Positions 41,342 to 55,055 are shown, numbered from the stretch's first letter. The stretch is 61,234 nucleotides of DNA from Octopus bimaculoides (GCF_001194135.2 NC_068988.1:931906-993139); one strand, 5' to 3'. Program-made: numbers and translations. The notes: generated by a model not told the origin, from the sequence alone.

Positions 41342-44300
41342 NNNNNNNNNNAGGCTTCTTTCAGTTTCTGTCTACCAAATCCACTCACAAGCCTTTGGTC
41401 AGCCCAAGGCTAGAGTAAAAGACACTTACCACGGAACGGGACTGAACCCGGAACCATGTGGTTGGGAAGCAAGCTTCTTACCACACAGCCACGTGTGGGA
41501 AGCTAAATTAGTAACTTGGGCGATGTTATTAGGTAGTTCTCTTTATAACAATGAGGTTATGGATCCAATCCCATTTGCTCAGTTCCAAATCGTAGATTGA
41601 CCAATACCTTATGACTGAAATTTGATAAACAGGAATTGTATGGAAGCCCATTACATAAGGCAATGGCCAATGGTGTAGAGAGAGAGAGAGGGTGCCACCC
41701 AAAGCAGTCCTTTACTTTGCACACCACCAAGCTCTCAAGCCTATACAAACTTATACAGCAGACCCAAAAGTGGGCCCCATATCACGGCTGTGGTGCTTAA
41801 GAATACCTAAGAAGCCCATTATTCATGACTGTGGTGCTTTAGAAATTCACTCAAGTATGTCATTTTCGGTTCAGTCTTATTGTATACCACCTTCAGGCAA
41901 GAAGTGTCTTTTCCTATAATCCTGGGCCAGTCAAAGTTTCTAAGTGAATTTGGTACACATGATAACATGGCCGCAGTCAAATGACTGAAACAAGAGAAGA
42001 CAAGAAATCTGGAAAAAAAAAAAGTGCTTTGTAACTGAAGTTCCTTTTGATATTTGTTCTACAATGGGTTATAGATTCTCCCTTGTCATTTTCAAAATTA
42101 ATTAAAACAAAAGCACTGCATTTCAACAGAAATATCATAACATAACAACAAACTTATTAAAGATATCCAACTTCCTTTTCCATGTAATCTAAAAAGTGAT
42201 TAAGTAATACTAAATCCTGGTTTGTGATTTTTAATTTCACCTTCTTTCTCCATTTTCTTTATTTCGAACACCAACAGGAATTAATGAACTAAGCAAATGA
42301 ACTGAATAAACTCAACATTAAAAGAGAGACAAAGAAAACAATTTAGAATTTCAATAAAATTTCAGAGATTTTTTTTTTATTCAGAAAATGTTCTGAATAA
42401 ATATTTCACAGCAAAATGGAAGCAAGAAACTAAAATATCATTAGAAAATATTTGAAAGTCAACTACACAAGTCTAAAAAAACTAAAAGTTATATAACAAA
42501 CCACATGACAACAACAAAAAAAAAATATATAATGTCTCCACTCGAGTGATGTCACTCAACAAGCTCCAAATAAAACTAAATAGATGTAATTTTCCTTGAA
42601 ATTACGTCCAACCTTTCAGGGTAAAATGTGAAAGTGGAGCAACATATTTGGTTTCTGATGCTTTGGAAGACATCAAGAGAAGAAAGTAGAGTAATTGGCC
42701 ATCATTAAGTTTACATTCCTGTAAACTGGTTACAGAGATTTTCATAATTTATTCAATAAAAGTTACAGTCCCTTATTCTAAATGAATGTTTTAACATCAG
42801 ATTTTACAGCTTTCTATGATGTTTTTGTTGTTGTTGTTCATAATTTTAAATCAAGGAATTTCATTCATGTCACAAATACTAAGTAGAAAGATCTGAAAAA
42901 TAAAACCTCCATGTTTATTTTAAGCATGACTGTGGTTAGAAGCTTGCTTTCCAATCACATGATTCCGGGTTCAGTCCTGCTGCATGGCAACTTGGGCAAG
43001 TGTTTTCTATTATAGCCTCAGGCCAACCAAAGCCTTGTGAATGGATTTAGAAGAGCAGAAACTGAAAGAAGCCTGTCATATATACATATGTGCGTGTCTG
43101 TTCCCCCACCACTGCTTGACAACCAGTGTTGTGTTTACATCTCCATAACTTAGTGGTTCAGCAAAAGAGTCTGATAGAATAAGTACTTTAAAAAAGTACT
43201 GGTGTTAATTGCCCCAGCATGGCCACAGTTTAATGAGTGAAACAAGTAAAAGAACTGCAAATTTATGCATCGAAGTTCAGCTAAAGTCAACAGTTTTGTC
43301 ACCCTATTTCTTTTGAAATAACATCGCCTTTCTTTCAATTAATTGTTTAAATAAGGAAGAATTCATTTAATGACTTTGTCGTTATTAAACTAGCATTTGG
43401 AAGCAGTGAGCTGGCAGAATCGTTAGCAGAATCGTTAGCAGAATCGTTAGCACATTGGACGAAATGCTTAGCAGTATTTCATCCGTTGTTATGTTCAGAG
43501 TTCAAATTCCACCGAGGTCAACTTTGCCTTTTATCCTTTTGGAGTCAATAAATTAAGTACCAGTTGTGTACTGGGGTCGATGTAATCAACTAGTCCCTGC
43601 CCCCACATTTCAAGCCTTGTGCCCACAGTAGAAAGAATTATTAATCGAGCATCTGGAGCATAAATTAACATGAAATTTTGATGAAGGTTTAAATTTAGAT
43701 CACCTTAAAACAGGAAGTTTATATCATAGAACCAGTGGGGGTGGTCTCATGTGGGTTGGTATCAACAGAGTTAAATATCAATATGAACCTCTACAATGGT
43801 TCTCTAATAGACTATGGAATTAAATTTTACATTTGAAGATAATTTAAGAACATCAGCATCAATGACTATGATATAACGAGTTTAGTGGTCTCTTTTTGCC
43901 AAACCACTAAGTTACAGGGATGGGAAAAAAAAGCAACACCAGTATCATGCACTGGGGGTAGGGAACAAACCCACACACAAAACAAGCTTCCACAGTTTCC
44001 ACCTACCAAATTTACTAACAAGGCATTAGTTGAACAGGGGCTATAGTTAGAAGATAATTGTCCAAGATGTCACATTGTGGGACTGAACCTAAAAGCACAG
44101 GATTTCAAAGTGAGCTGCTTAACCACACAACCATGCCGGTACCTTCAACATTTTCATAAAGTTTGACATTTTTATAAAATTTTTCTTATTCTCTAGAAAT
44201 TTATCAAGATAGAAATAACGTGATAAAAAAGATCCTTACCGTTTTATAAGAGCAAGTCCAATAAAATGAAGGAAACCAGAAATACAACTTATTTTTATAT

Positions 44301-44448
44301 TTCTCTTAGTCAACAACCACTTCAGGCTGAACACTTGAATGCAGACCATAGGAACCACCACAAAAGCCAAACTCAAAGAAAACCATATCAGTCGTTCCTC
44401 AAACATGTATTGTATAACGACAACGACATCTGAAAGAGAAGCGAAAAA
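28817..44448 (-). CDS. XKR: XK-related protein (XKR scramblase family) with giant C-terminal tail, 5'-partial, 1940 aa from the exons found
   Basis: Join complement 44448-44240, 41032-40842, 39311-39102, 37319-37035, 35379-35267, 33631-28817 (5823 nt, open, GT-AG, phase-consistent). XK motifs: SDVVVVIQY, QVFSLKW, FLEAAPQLILQ, SRVAAIILFA, HW, ENSL, FYCCFHP. Paralogue cannot be assigned. Confidence 0.85.
33912..34250 (-). mobile_element. SINE family A copy
   Basis: Well-preserved match to 4842-5163. Confidence 0.82.
35038..35230 (-). mobile_element. tRNA-derived SINE, family C
   Basis: Reverse complement of the 43399-43645 type (GAGTTCAAATTCCGCTGAGGTTGACTTTGCCTTTCATCC). Confidence 0.75.
35267..35379 (-). 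CDS. XKR: XKR exon (last TM helix end, FYCCFHP)
   Basis: TTTTTTTCTGCTGTAG| acceptor, AAG|GTAACT donor, phase 1-0. Confidence 0.85.
36414..37001 (-). mobile_element. Three adjacent SINE family C copies
   Basis: Copies at ~36414-36547, 36575-36777 and 36787-37001, all in the same orientation. Confidence 0.72.
37035..37319 (-). CDS. XKR: XKR exon
   Basis: GVHWMLM...VGFIYIFSF...FYALLLLENSL, |GTGAGA donor, phase 1-1. Confidence 0.9.
37695..37898 (+). mobile_element. Single 5'-truncated copy of the Penelope-like repeat
   Basis: B-box remnant, (AAT)n, hammerhead-like motif and tail as at 19400-19620. Confidence 0.8.
37804..37849 (+). ncRNA. Hammerhead-like motif, copy 5 (stem I weakened)
   Basis: AUUAC CUGAUGA A GGCUG GAGGGUAUAU CAGCC GAA ACAU U GUGUU. 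Confidence 0.45.
39102..39311 (-). CDS. XKR: XKR exon
   Basis: SLISFSWGFVTY...LSRVAAIILFA, |GTAAGA donor, phase 1-1. Confidence 0.9.
39471..39842. mobile_element. Palindromic MITE, ~172-bp arms with 25-nt spacer
   Basis: 39471-39642 is the imperfect reverse complement of 39668-39842. TA on both flanks. Confidence 0.75.
40321..40746 (-). mobile_element. RTE LINE 3' end (last codons DLWKCAVREKTRQAK*, UTR, tail)
   Basis: Matches the end of the 2335-2652 ORF and the (GAT)n tail. Confidence 0.85.
40842..41032 (-). CDS. XKR: XKR exon
   Basis: LRLFQTFLEAAPQLILQSY signature, phase 2-1. Confidence 0.92.
41093..41492 (-). mobile_element. SINE family A copy (10-N gap in its TA run)
   Basis: Family A head and tail. 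Confidence 0.8.
42925..43260 (+). mobile_element. SINE family A copy
   Basis: Family A head, body and tail in + orientation. Confidence 0.75.
43399..43645 (+). mobile_element. SINE family C, full-length-looking copy
   Basis: A-box-like TGGCAGAATCG, B-box GAGTTCAAATTCC, shared 3' body. Confidence 0.78.
44240..44448 (-). CDS. XKR: XKR exon (most 5' coding exon found)
   Basis: FFASLSDVVVVIQY...WFSLSLAFVVVP..QVFSLKW...FLHFIGL, CG|GTAAGG donor. Begins at an acceptor, so a start exon lies further upstream. Confidence 0.88.
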
Positions 44449-44748
44449 CTGGACATTAATCGAAGGAATAAAAGTTACAAGTAGTTTATTTTCAAAGTAC
44501 AATTCAAAGAGAATTCATTTAGAAATGAAGAACAATTACCAAACAATAAAACTGAAATGAAATTGATAACACTGCAACGAGAAGAAAGAGAACGGAAATG
44601 AAGTTAGAATAGACATCATCATCATCATCGTTTAACGTCCGCTTTCCATGCTAGCATGGGTTGGACATGATCTTGTGAAATGGCAGGGAATCAAATGCAT
44701 CAGTTAATATATGCAAAATGGATGGCTGTAATGTTATAACAAGAATGT

Positions 44749-45074
44749 GTGAAGGTGTACGGTTTAGTGGTTAGGGCATTCAGTTCGTGATCGTAAAGTC
44801 AGGAGTTCAATTCCTGGCAGGGCATTGTGCCCTTAAGCAAGACCCTTTATTTCACATTGCTCCAGTCCACTCAACTGGCAAAAATGAATGGTATCTATAA
44901 TCCAAAGGGACCAGCCTGGTCACATTGTGTGTCACGCTGAATCTCTCACAGGACTACACTCAGGTTACACATGTCTGTGGAGTGCTCGGCCACTTGCATG
45001 TTAATTTCATGAGGAGGATCTTCTGTTGATCAAATGAACTAGAAGCCTCGTCATCAAGATCAACAGAGAGCCAG
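44749..45074 (+). mobile_element. SINE family B copy
   Basis: Matches 17955-18260. Confidence 0.75.
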
Positions 45075-48000
45075 TTGGGTTTTAATAGAAATTTAAAGAA
45101 AGTAAAACAAGAAATTCAAATTCCAAATCCTTCCCCATTTTATTTTACCATTCATCTCCCTCTGGTCAATGTAAAGTCCATCTGACCCATGCAAGCATGG
45201 AAAAGTGGACATTAAAATGATATAAATTATAAACTAACATTACTTTAAAAAAAAAAACCAATATGGTTTAGCCTTTTATTGTTGTTTAGTCTGAAAGGCA
45301 TTCCAGATATGACCATCCTGATGTTATAAGGGCTTCTAGTGTCACATTTTTTAATGTGATCTCTCTTTTAAAGATGGTCTGATTCAAGAGAAACATACAA
45401 CAGCGATTTCTAATTGAAATTGCACAGAGATTCCTTTGTTGGTTAAAAGTTTAGACAGCTGTGGAGTTGAAAGGTCACAAGCTAAAATAGTGCCACAAGC
45501 AGGAACACACGTTTCCTAACCTTTGAATGTCTCTGATTTCCAAAAATGGATATTTATATTCATAGAGAGTTGTTCAGGTTATGAAAATTTGCTCTGATAA
45601 CTGAGGGGAACTACCGCTTGGGATAAAGATAGAAATCTGCTTAAGAAGCAAACATTAGGAGACCAGATTATAACTAAAATTGATTAAGGATGCTGGTGTC
45701 ACATAAAAAAAAAGCACCTAGTCCATTCTATTTAGTGGTTAGCATTAGGAAGGGCATCTAGCTGCTGAAACCATGCCAAAGCAGACCTCACCAGTGCTGG
45801 TGTTATGTAAAAAGCATCCAGCTCACTTTGTAAAGTGGTTGGTGTTAGGAAGGGCATCCAGCTGTAAAAGCCATGCTAGAACACACAGTGGAACTTGGGG
45901 GTCAGTCCTTTGGCTTACCAGCTCCCGTCAAACCATCCAAACTATGCTAGCATGGAAGACGGGTGTTAAATGATGATGTTGATGATTGAGTTACATAAGA
46001 CATACTAGTCTATGGAAATACAAATTGATACATGGTATGGTCAGAGAACAGCAATGTAGTTAAAATGTTAAACACATTCAACTCTAGTTTGAATTTATTA
46101 ATTTAGAGAAAGCTTTTACAAGATTGCACATTTTTACTGATGAGTAATGAGGAATCTGGTTATGATTGAATAGTTTCTGAGAAATGTATGAAGATTCTAA
46201 ATACACAGTAAGGATCGGCTGGGAGTTGGACCTTAATTTTAATGAATAAATAACTGTCTATAGGATATGGACCTAGTGGACAAAGTCCATAACCTTATTT
46301 AAGTTTTGCTAACCCTACATTTTGCAACCATCAAAACGAAATTTGAATTTATATTTGGTTTTAAAATTCTGTAGATTGATGACTTTGTAACATTGATGCC
46401 ATTAACCTAAGAACAGTAAAAGAAATTTGAAAGAATTTGCTTTTATCAAACTTCACAAGCCCTCCTCTGCTCCAGAGAAGACTGCAAAATTGGTCAATGT
46501 CTGCAAGAAAACTGGACATCTGAGAGTACAGAGTCATCTTACACAATGGCACACTGTGCCCCCACAGTAATAGAGAGAAATGACTTGTCTTTACTCTCAG
46601 AACATCCCAGCCTGCAGGTATTAATGAACACCACTCATTCTCCTGATTTTATTTCTTCCATTCTCTCACTTTTCAAATTCATCATTCTAATTCCTCAAAG
46701 TGCCATCATTCTTTATTAAGTACCACAAGTTGTAGTTCATGATAGACTCTCTACAGGATTTTTTAGGGGCCACACCAAAAAGAGTGAAATACAAGTCAAT
46801 TAAAGAAAAAATAGGGAAGAACGCTTGAGGGCCGTAAGCGTCCCTGGGAGCCATGGTTGAGAATCACTAGCCTAACACAAAACAGTTTGAAAAATAGATG
46901 TGATGATGATGATGGCAATGGTATGATGATGATGATGATGGAAACGAGTAATTGATGAAATAACGAGGGACTTCCTAAGTGTTTAAAAATAATATCTCTT
47001 TGATAACATATTTATAAGAGATCAAATAGAATATATAAAAAGAAACAATTATTCATAAAGATATACAGACTGTAGTAGTAGTAGTACATCTGCTACAGCT
47101 TATAGACCTCCTCGTCCTCCTCCTCCTCCTGCATGCATTAAAGAAAACACTATTATTCAACCTATTTAAAGATCAGGGACATATTAGGAAGCCCTCCACA
47201 ATAGAAGTTATTATGAGGCTCAGTTAAAGTGCTGAAGGCCAGATGGAACAACACACACACACACACAGTTGTATTGTTTTCAGCTAGTAACTGATGAATA
47301 ATTTTGTATGTGTATGTGTGTGTGTGTGTGTGTGTATGTGTGTGAAGTAAATTCAATCATGGCCAAACATTTAAAAACAATGCTTTTCATTGTGTTTAAG
47401 TTACTGAATGATTGTTGAAAGGTTCATCACCATCATCGCAACTATCATTTTACTGTTCCCTTCTCCATGCTGGTATGNNNNNNNNNNTAGTAACTGATGA
47501 ATAATTTTGTATGTGTATGTGTGTGTGTGTGTGTGTGTATGTGTGTGAAGTAAATTCAATCATGGCCAAACATTTAAAAACAATGCTTTTCATTGTGTTT
47601 AAGTTACTGAATGATTGTTGAAAGGTTCATCACCATCATCGCAACTATCATTTTACTGTTCCCTTCTCCATGCTGGTATGGGTTGGATGGCTTGACAGGG
47701 GCTGGCAAGGCCAAGGGCTACACCACACTTCATTGTTTTGGCTCAGTTTCTACAGCTGGATGCCCTCCCTAATGCCAACCAATTTACAGAGCATACCAAA
47801 TGCTCACAAGGCAATTTTTTTTTACAACCAGATGCCCTTCCTGTCACCAATCCTCACTTGTTTTCAAGCAAGGGAATTTTTCCCATGACCAGACATGTTT
47901 TTGCAGAATATTGGAAATGAATGACACTGCATTTATTAGAGACACTTTTAAGCAGCACGTGACAAGGAGACAAACATATATACACTCACACATAAATGCA

Positions 48001-49707
48001 TGCATACACACACAAATCTATCCACCTATGTGCTCTGTCCCCTATTCAAGGGTTGCAGAGATAAAGTCTTGAGGCATCTCACCATAAGATTCTCTCAAAA
48101 ACAACTGTTAGACTTATCAGCTGGATTCTTAACCATAACCAATTGAAATCATAGATATTACCCAACCATCTTATTCTTGATCTACCCCTAAGTCTCCTGC
48201 TGGTTGGCTCAACTTGAAAAATCCATCTTATGATTCTTTCCTATGACAGTTTAATCACATCTCCATAGTATTGGCACTGTGACCTCTCAATGTGGCACTA
48301 TAGTACGTCTTTGAGGACTCATGGTGTTTGTTTTCTTTTTTTTTCATTAGGTATCAGGTTAGAATGGTGTCACATAACCTGAACAGAAAAGGGCCAAGAA
48401 AGAAATGAGCAAAAATCAAGAGTAGAATCAGACAACAGCCATGTTCTTTCAGCTGTCAAACAGATTGCTCTGCCCAAAGGCAAAAAGTAGTTCTAGAACC
48501 AGTCATTTGAGTAACAAACAAATTTAGGACAATCCTAGCCGTAGGCCATCAAGTGTTTTTTTTTATTTACCCAATAAAAAAAAAGGAAGGAAAAATGTTT
48601 AGGGATAAAGAAAAGCACTAATTAAGTAGATGAGAAGAGTATGAAGGTCAGAGTTCCTCATGTCTATGAGTAAACTTGATGTAAGGGGGGGGGGGAAGAT
48701 TTTATGAAAAGAAAAACAAAGGTTTCTAATATGTGTGTGTGTGTGTGTGCATGCACGTGTGTGTGTGTGTGTGNNNNNNNNNNNNNNNNNNNNNNNNNNN
48801 NNNNNNNNNNNNNNNNNNNNNNNNNNNNNNNNNNNNNNNNNNNNNNNNNNNNNNNNNNNNNNNNNNNNNNNNNNNNNNNNNNNNNNNNNNNNNNNNNNNN
48901 NNNNNNNNNNNNNNNNNNNNNNNNNNNNNNNNNNNNNNNNNNNNNNNNNNGTGTGTGTGTGTGTGTATGTATATACATATATATAGTATGTGGATTGGGT
49001 TATAATCAAACCCGTGTCCTCGTGGAGCACATCTGCATATTCCAGTACTTCAAAGTTGTACGTAGATGTTACATCTGCATTGAGGTCACTCTTGAGTTTT
49101 GCTGCTAACATGTAACCCAACATAACCTGTCACATGGTCAGGTCATCAGTGACTAAATCAGAAACCCCCACCAAGCTTACTTCAAGAGAATGGGGATTTG
49201 GACCCCTTGCCAGATGAAAAACAATCCGTCAAAGGGCAGAGGAACTCAAGAATCAATGGCCATCCAATAGGGTATATACATGGAGGAATTAACTCCAGTG
49301 ATGAAAAATCCCAAAGCTAAGGACACAACAAAGTTATGGGGAGCAGCATGGCAAATGTGGAGCAGAGTGCATTGATCTTCATTCGACACAGTCTAAGTGG
49401 AAGAACCCGTTCAGCCAATGAACGGTCAAGGGTCAAGCAATCTAGTCAGTGGATTACTGCCAGTTGATAGAACTGGTAACTCATCAACTCACTTTAGCTG
49501 CTTGAAAACCCTATGGAACTCTGGAACCTCAGAGTGTCACCAGTCAAAGATGGACGACTAGCAGCTAGTTGTATATTTGTGTGAGGAATGCATAAGAGTT
49601 GATAAATACTGAAAAATAGTATTTGCAGAGTAATTTCATATCAAAACAGGAGATTGGGGAAAATCTTTTGGTATTATTTATTCACCATTACATGTGTTTC
49701 ATTTGCT

Positions 49708-49866
49708 AATAGGAGCTACACAATTGAACATGTAGTAGAAACTATGAAAAACATCTTTTAGAAATTCTTCAGACAGAGAATCAATTAACATTTGACTCTC
49801 TGTCTGAAGAATTTCAAATAAGTCTGACATGTTTTCTATTACATGCTCGATTTTGTAGCTCCTATT
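49708..49866. repeat. Imperfect inverted repeat, ~75-bp arms
   Basis: AATAGGAGCTACA...GAAATTCTTCAGACAGAGA versus TCTCTGTCTGAAGAATTTC...TGTAGCTCCTATT. Confidence 0.75.
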
Positions 49867-52300
49867 ATCAAACGAAACACATGTAATGATGAATAAATAA
49901 TACCAAAAAAGATTTTTCCAATCTCCTATTTTGGTGTGTAATCAAAATGAAAGCTGAAAGAAGCCCACTGTATATATGTATGCATTTATTAAGTGCCCAT
50001 GTCAGTACCACATTAAAAGCACCCAGCATAGACTGCAAAGTAGTTGGTATTAGGAAAGGAATCCGGCCACAGAAAGCATGCCAAACAGACAAAGGAAGCC
50101 TGCTATAGTCCACTAGACTTACCAGCTCCTGTCAAACCGTCCAACCCATGCCAGCATGGAAAACAGACGTTAAATGATGATGATGATGATGATGATATCT
50201 ATTTCTGCATGGATGTGTGAGTGTGTGCATGTGTTTGTGTCTTCTTGGTTTCACATAATGTGATAGATAAAAACGAGCTTCAAAATCATACAAACAGTGT
50301 ACGTTTCCAATATTCTATGAAAACATGTCTATTCAAGCGGATATATTACCTTGCTTGGAAACAGGCAAGGGTTGATGACAGGAAGGGCATCCAGACATAG
50401 AATATCTGCTTTGACAAGTTCTGTCTGACCCATAAAAGTGTGGAAAAAGAGACATTAAAATGACAACGATGACTAAAATATCAATTTCATGACAAGAATC
50501 CTGAATATATTTCCATGACCAAAGGAAGCTTTTGGCATTCAAAATATTCATGATGATGTCTCACATTTACAAGCTGATTCATTAACTCAACGAAGAAGTG
50601 TTAAATGGTAAATTATTTTCCTGAATTGTAAATGAAGAATCGAGACCTTAATTAGCAAACATCAACTTCTGACTTTGGATTATATAATGTTACCAATTAT
50701 AAACCTCTGACTTCACCGATTCCAAACAACAACAACAACAACAAATACTACATTACTGACACCTTTACCAAAACCTTTAGCATTGCTTCACATCAAATAA
50801 ATTAACAATAAAATAATTGGTTCAAATTTTGACACAAGACCAGGAGATTTAGAAGAAGAAGGTCAGCCAGTTACATCAACAACCCAAAACCTCACGGGTA
50901 CTTTATTTGATTAACCCTAAAAGGATGAAAAATAAGGTTGACCTCGGCAGGATTTGAACTCAGAAGAAATGTCACTACGCATTTCATCCAGCATGCTAAT
51001 GAGTCTGCCAGTTTATCATCTCAATAATTAATTCTAATTTTGACATAAGATAGCATTTTGAAGGGATGAAAAAGTTGATTGCATCAGTCTCGATGCTCAA
51101 CTTGAACCTATTTCGTCAACGCCAAAATGACGAAAGGCAGAGTGAACTTTGGTGGAATTGGAACTCCGGACGTACAGAGCAGAAAGAAATGATGTCAAGC
51201 TACTTCCAATGCCCAAATGACTCTGCCAGCTTGCCAAATACTTTACTGGCCACAAGGGCCACAAAAAAACATTTAGGACAATACAAAGGAACGTGGGGAC
51301 TTACATAAACATAATAAAACAATGACAATTAAGAAAATTGATAACAAAATTCCCAAGTAGTGGGGGAGCACCACCCAGGGGCAATCCAAAAACCCCTACT
51401 GATTCTAGATCACCCCCATCTACCAAGGGAGGAGCCCCTCTTCCATCCGTTCCCTCCTAGCTACAGGCACAAGCTTAGATCCACTCACTCAGGCCTCCTC
51501 CTTACGTTCGCCCACAACTGGAGCAACAAACAAACAACACAAACGCTGCAGAGTGAGGAGGAAAATAACTCGTTATCTCTAGAATGAAAGTTCATACCTT
51601 ATTAACTGCTGGAATATGTTGACATTTCTATGACTTATTTATTTAAGCTTTTTGTTTTTTCCTTTCCTGAGATTCTTCTGTTAATGAATTTAAAATGGAG
51701 TTTCCTGTTTTTTTTTTATTTTTCCACACTTGTGACATAGTTTAATGTTGCACACACTTACATCGATGTCTTTTTCCATTTCCTCTTTAAAAAAAGTTAC
51801 AAATTGAGAACTTCCTTTCCTGATTTCCCTGTTTACCATTTTCTTCATCATTATCTGCGCCACAAAATTCTCTGGTGCAAAACATTTATTCGTTTTAATA
51901 CAAAAACAAATATGTTACCATTTTCTAATTCAAGTTGAAAATATTCAAAATATAACAAATACCTAAACTATTCCACATCTGCTGCTAACCATCAAATCTT
52001 TGTATCCTTTGAAAATTCCATGCACCCTGGACTTCATTAATGCTACTCCTGATACGCCTATGCACTCTTTCCTCTTCGTGACTCTTTTACTGTTGACTTT
52101 TCTGTCTTTTTGTGTGTTTTATCCGGTCTACTCTACTGGTACCTCTTTCACTGCTGCCTTTCTTGACTTCTGGTTACATTCTGTCCCCTCTTTTAACCTT
52201 TTCCAACAAGTTGTAGTGCACATGACCACAGAATGCAGTCAGCTCGTTAATATTTTTATCTCATATATTTTCAAGTTCTTTCACACAAATACAAGGCATA

Positions 52301-52514
52301 CAGGGTGGCCCCCAAAGTAGGTTTACAGTTATTCAAATATCTCTTTCACATTCATATATTAACAGTTTAGTTCTTAATTATAAAAAAAATATGAAACCAT
52401 TATTCTATGCTAATTTAGTTGATTGTAAGATAGAAATTTAAATGTAATAAAATGTTTTAAAAGAAATTTAAAGTGCCTACGTGATGACTATAAACCTACT
52501 TTTGGGCCACCCTG
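52301..52514. mobile_element. Tc1/mariner-type MITE, 214 bp
   Basis: ~30-bp TIRs CAGGGTGGCCC...AAAGTAGGTTTA, flanked by TA at 52299-52300 and 52515-52516. Confidence 0.85.
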
Positions 52515-54656
52515 TATATGTATTATTCAGTCGATTGTTTCAGAATATTTTCATGAATAAAATCATTCTAAATAAAACTATTGATCTTACACAAAACTTA
52601 AGGGATTTATGAAATAACTTCCTCTTAGCTGTCACTCACAAGGGGGTATGGACACCTTCTTGCCCCTGCCCTACTCTTGACCAAGTTGCACACCCAGGAA
52701 GTGACAGTTGGATGGAGAGAAAGCAGCACCAGCACTCAGCTGCTACTCACAAACACTAGAGTGGAATGAAGTGTCTTGCTCAAGAATACAGTGCACTGCT
52801 CTAAGAATTGACCTCATAATCTTATGATTGGGAACACTGACCCCGAAAGAACGAAAGTCGACCTCGGCAGAATTTGAACTCAGAATGTAAAGACAGACGA
52901 AATATTGCTAAGCATTTCACCCGGCGTGCTAATGTTTCTGCCAGAAGCTGGAGGTATAATTGTGGGGTTCATTAAGCTTTCCAACCACGTGGTTTCGGGT
53001 TCAACCCCAGTGTGACACCTTAGGTAAGTATCTTCTACAATAGCCCCGTGACCAGTGATGTAAGGGAATGAATGGCAATAATGTTACTGGAGGCAGAGGT
53101 TGAAGCAAATTTGTATTTTGAATGAAATATTTGAGAGCGACATTTTCTATCGGTGGTTGATGGTGGTGCATCGGGAAGATATTGGCTCTAACAGAAAGAA
53201 CAAAGAACAACTTCTGAATAATCAACAAGTGTTAAGGAAAGAAAGAAAGAAAGGTGAAGGGTTTTAAAGGGATTACTACAATAGACGTAGGAATGAAAGT
53301 GAACTTAACAGCAAGGACAAAGGGGCAAAACAAGATTAGGTAGGAGAAAAAAAAAAGGGCAAGACAAAGTACTGGGTTTCATAGCCTAAAGGTATACATA
53401 GTTTTAAGATGTTTAGAGATACACAAAATAAGATTAATGAACAGAGAGCAGCAGCTGTCGTTTGACAATGAACTGATGTTAATTAGAATAACAAGTAAAA
53501 CAAGCTGGAAATATAGAAAACTATTTTTTTTCTAATACAGGACGCCACAGAAAAACCTCCCGTATTTTCCATAGTCATTGGTGTCACACTGGGAAAGTTA
53601 TAGAGGTGGTTAGGGTGTCTTCATATAGCGAAGAGTTTACCAGTTTTGTTTTAATTTGTTATTTTATCAGAGTTTGAAGTCGGATACATTATGTATTTGC
53701 TGTCGAAACGTCTGCCAACCTATAAATTGCAGGCATTTGTTTGCTGTGCCCTGTGTATTAAACCAAGAAATGACAATCCATCATATTTACACAGTTTCCT
53801 CTGCATCATATAAGTTGCTGTCAAACCACAAATCAGCCCTGATCAAACAGACATAATCAAACAGGTCCCAGCCGTGATTGTCTCTTCTTTCTTTTTTTTT
53901 TAATATATCTAGGACTACATTGTCTAATGTTTTTTTTTTTTTCCCAAAGTTGTAAAGGGAGATTTATCTGCTATTTCTAGCTAATCAGTTGATGATCACA
54001 CACAAGCTTCTTTCAGTTTCCATCCTCCAAATCCACACACAGAACTTTGATCAGCTTGAGACAGTGGTAGAAGACACTTGCACAAAGTGCCATGCAGTGG
54101 GATTGAACCTGGAACCCTGTGGTTAGGAAGTAAGCTTCTCATCACACAGCCAGGAAAAAGCTGGAATATGTGATTCAATGTGTCTTTTTAAAGATTGCAA
54201 AGTTTGATTTGAGGGAGACAGTCTGCTATTTCTAGCTGGTCAATTGACCATGTAAGGGTTCTCTCAGTTATTAATTGAAGAGGGCTGGGAGTCTAGATAT
54301 GTTGAAAAAGGTTGGAATATGATATACTGTCCCAAAAACAATGGGTGTGGTACCTGATCATTAACTAGGATGACTGAGCTAAACACAGCAATGTGTCTGA
54401 CACTAAAAACTTGATATCTAACAAGCATGAGTCAGAGACAAGGACCCTAATCTTTTAACAACAACTTATTACATTATACTTTAAATAAAGTTTCACCTTC
54501 ACAGACACAAGAAAATAGGATTAATTTGGAGATAAAAATCCCCACCGAAACCGCCCCCACCTGCTTAAAAAATGTAACAGGTAAAACAGCGTAAACATCT
54601 AGATGAAGATTTTGGGTCATTGACAACATCAACCCTTTTACTGCAGAAATCCGATA

Positions 54657-54818
54657 TAGGCACAGGAGTGGTTGTGTGGTAAGAAGCTTGCTTACCAACC
54701 ACATGGTTCCAGGTTCAGTCCCACTGTAAGGCACCTTAGGTGAATGTCTTCTACTATAGACTCGGGTCGACCAAAGCCTTGTGAGTGGATTTGGTAGATG
54801 GAAACTGAAAGAATCCCA

Positions 54819-54867
<49 letters not shown>

Positions 54868-55055
54868 TCCCACCACCATCACTTGACAACTGATGGTGGT
54901 GTGTTGACGTCCCTATAACTTAGTGGTTCGGCAAAAGAGACTGATAGAATAAGTACTAGGCTTACAAAGAATAAGTCCGGGGATCGATTTGCTCGACTAA
55001 AGGTGGTGCTCCAGCATGGCCACAATCAAATGACTGAAACAAGTAAAAGAGAAAA
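54657..55055 (+). mobile_element. SINE family A, full-length-looking copy
   Basis: GGCACAGGAGTGGTTGTGTGG head, GGTTCAGTCCC B-box, (GT)n, complete 3' end. Confidence 0.85.

Noticed and set aside
46361-46552. Possible old non-LTR RT relic (DDSVL, LVKFDKSK)
   Set aside because: Too degenerate to call without a search.
47288-47677. ~190-bp direct duplication either side of a 10-N gap
   Set aside because: Same assembly artefact pattern.
48990-49123. LEYAD peptide suggesting an RT YADD motif
   Set aside because: A single partial motif with no supporting flanking motifs.
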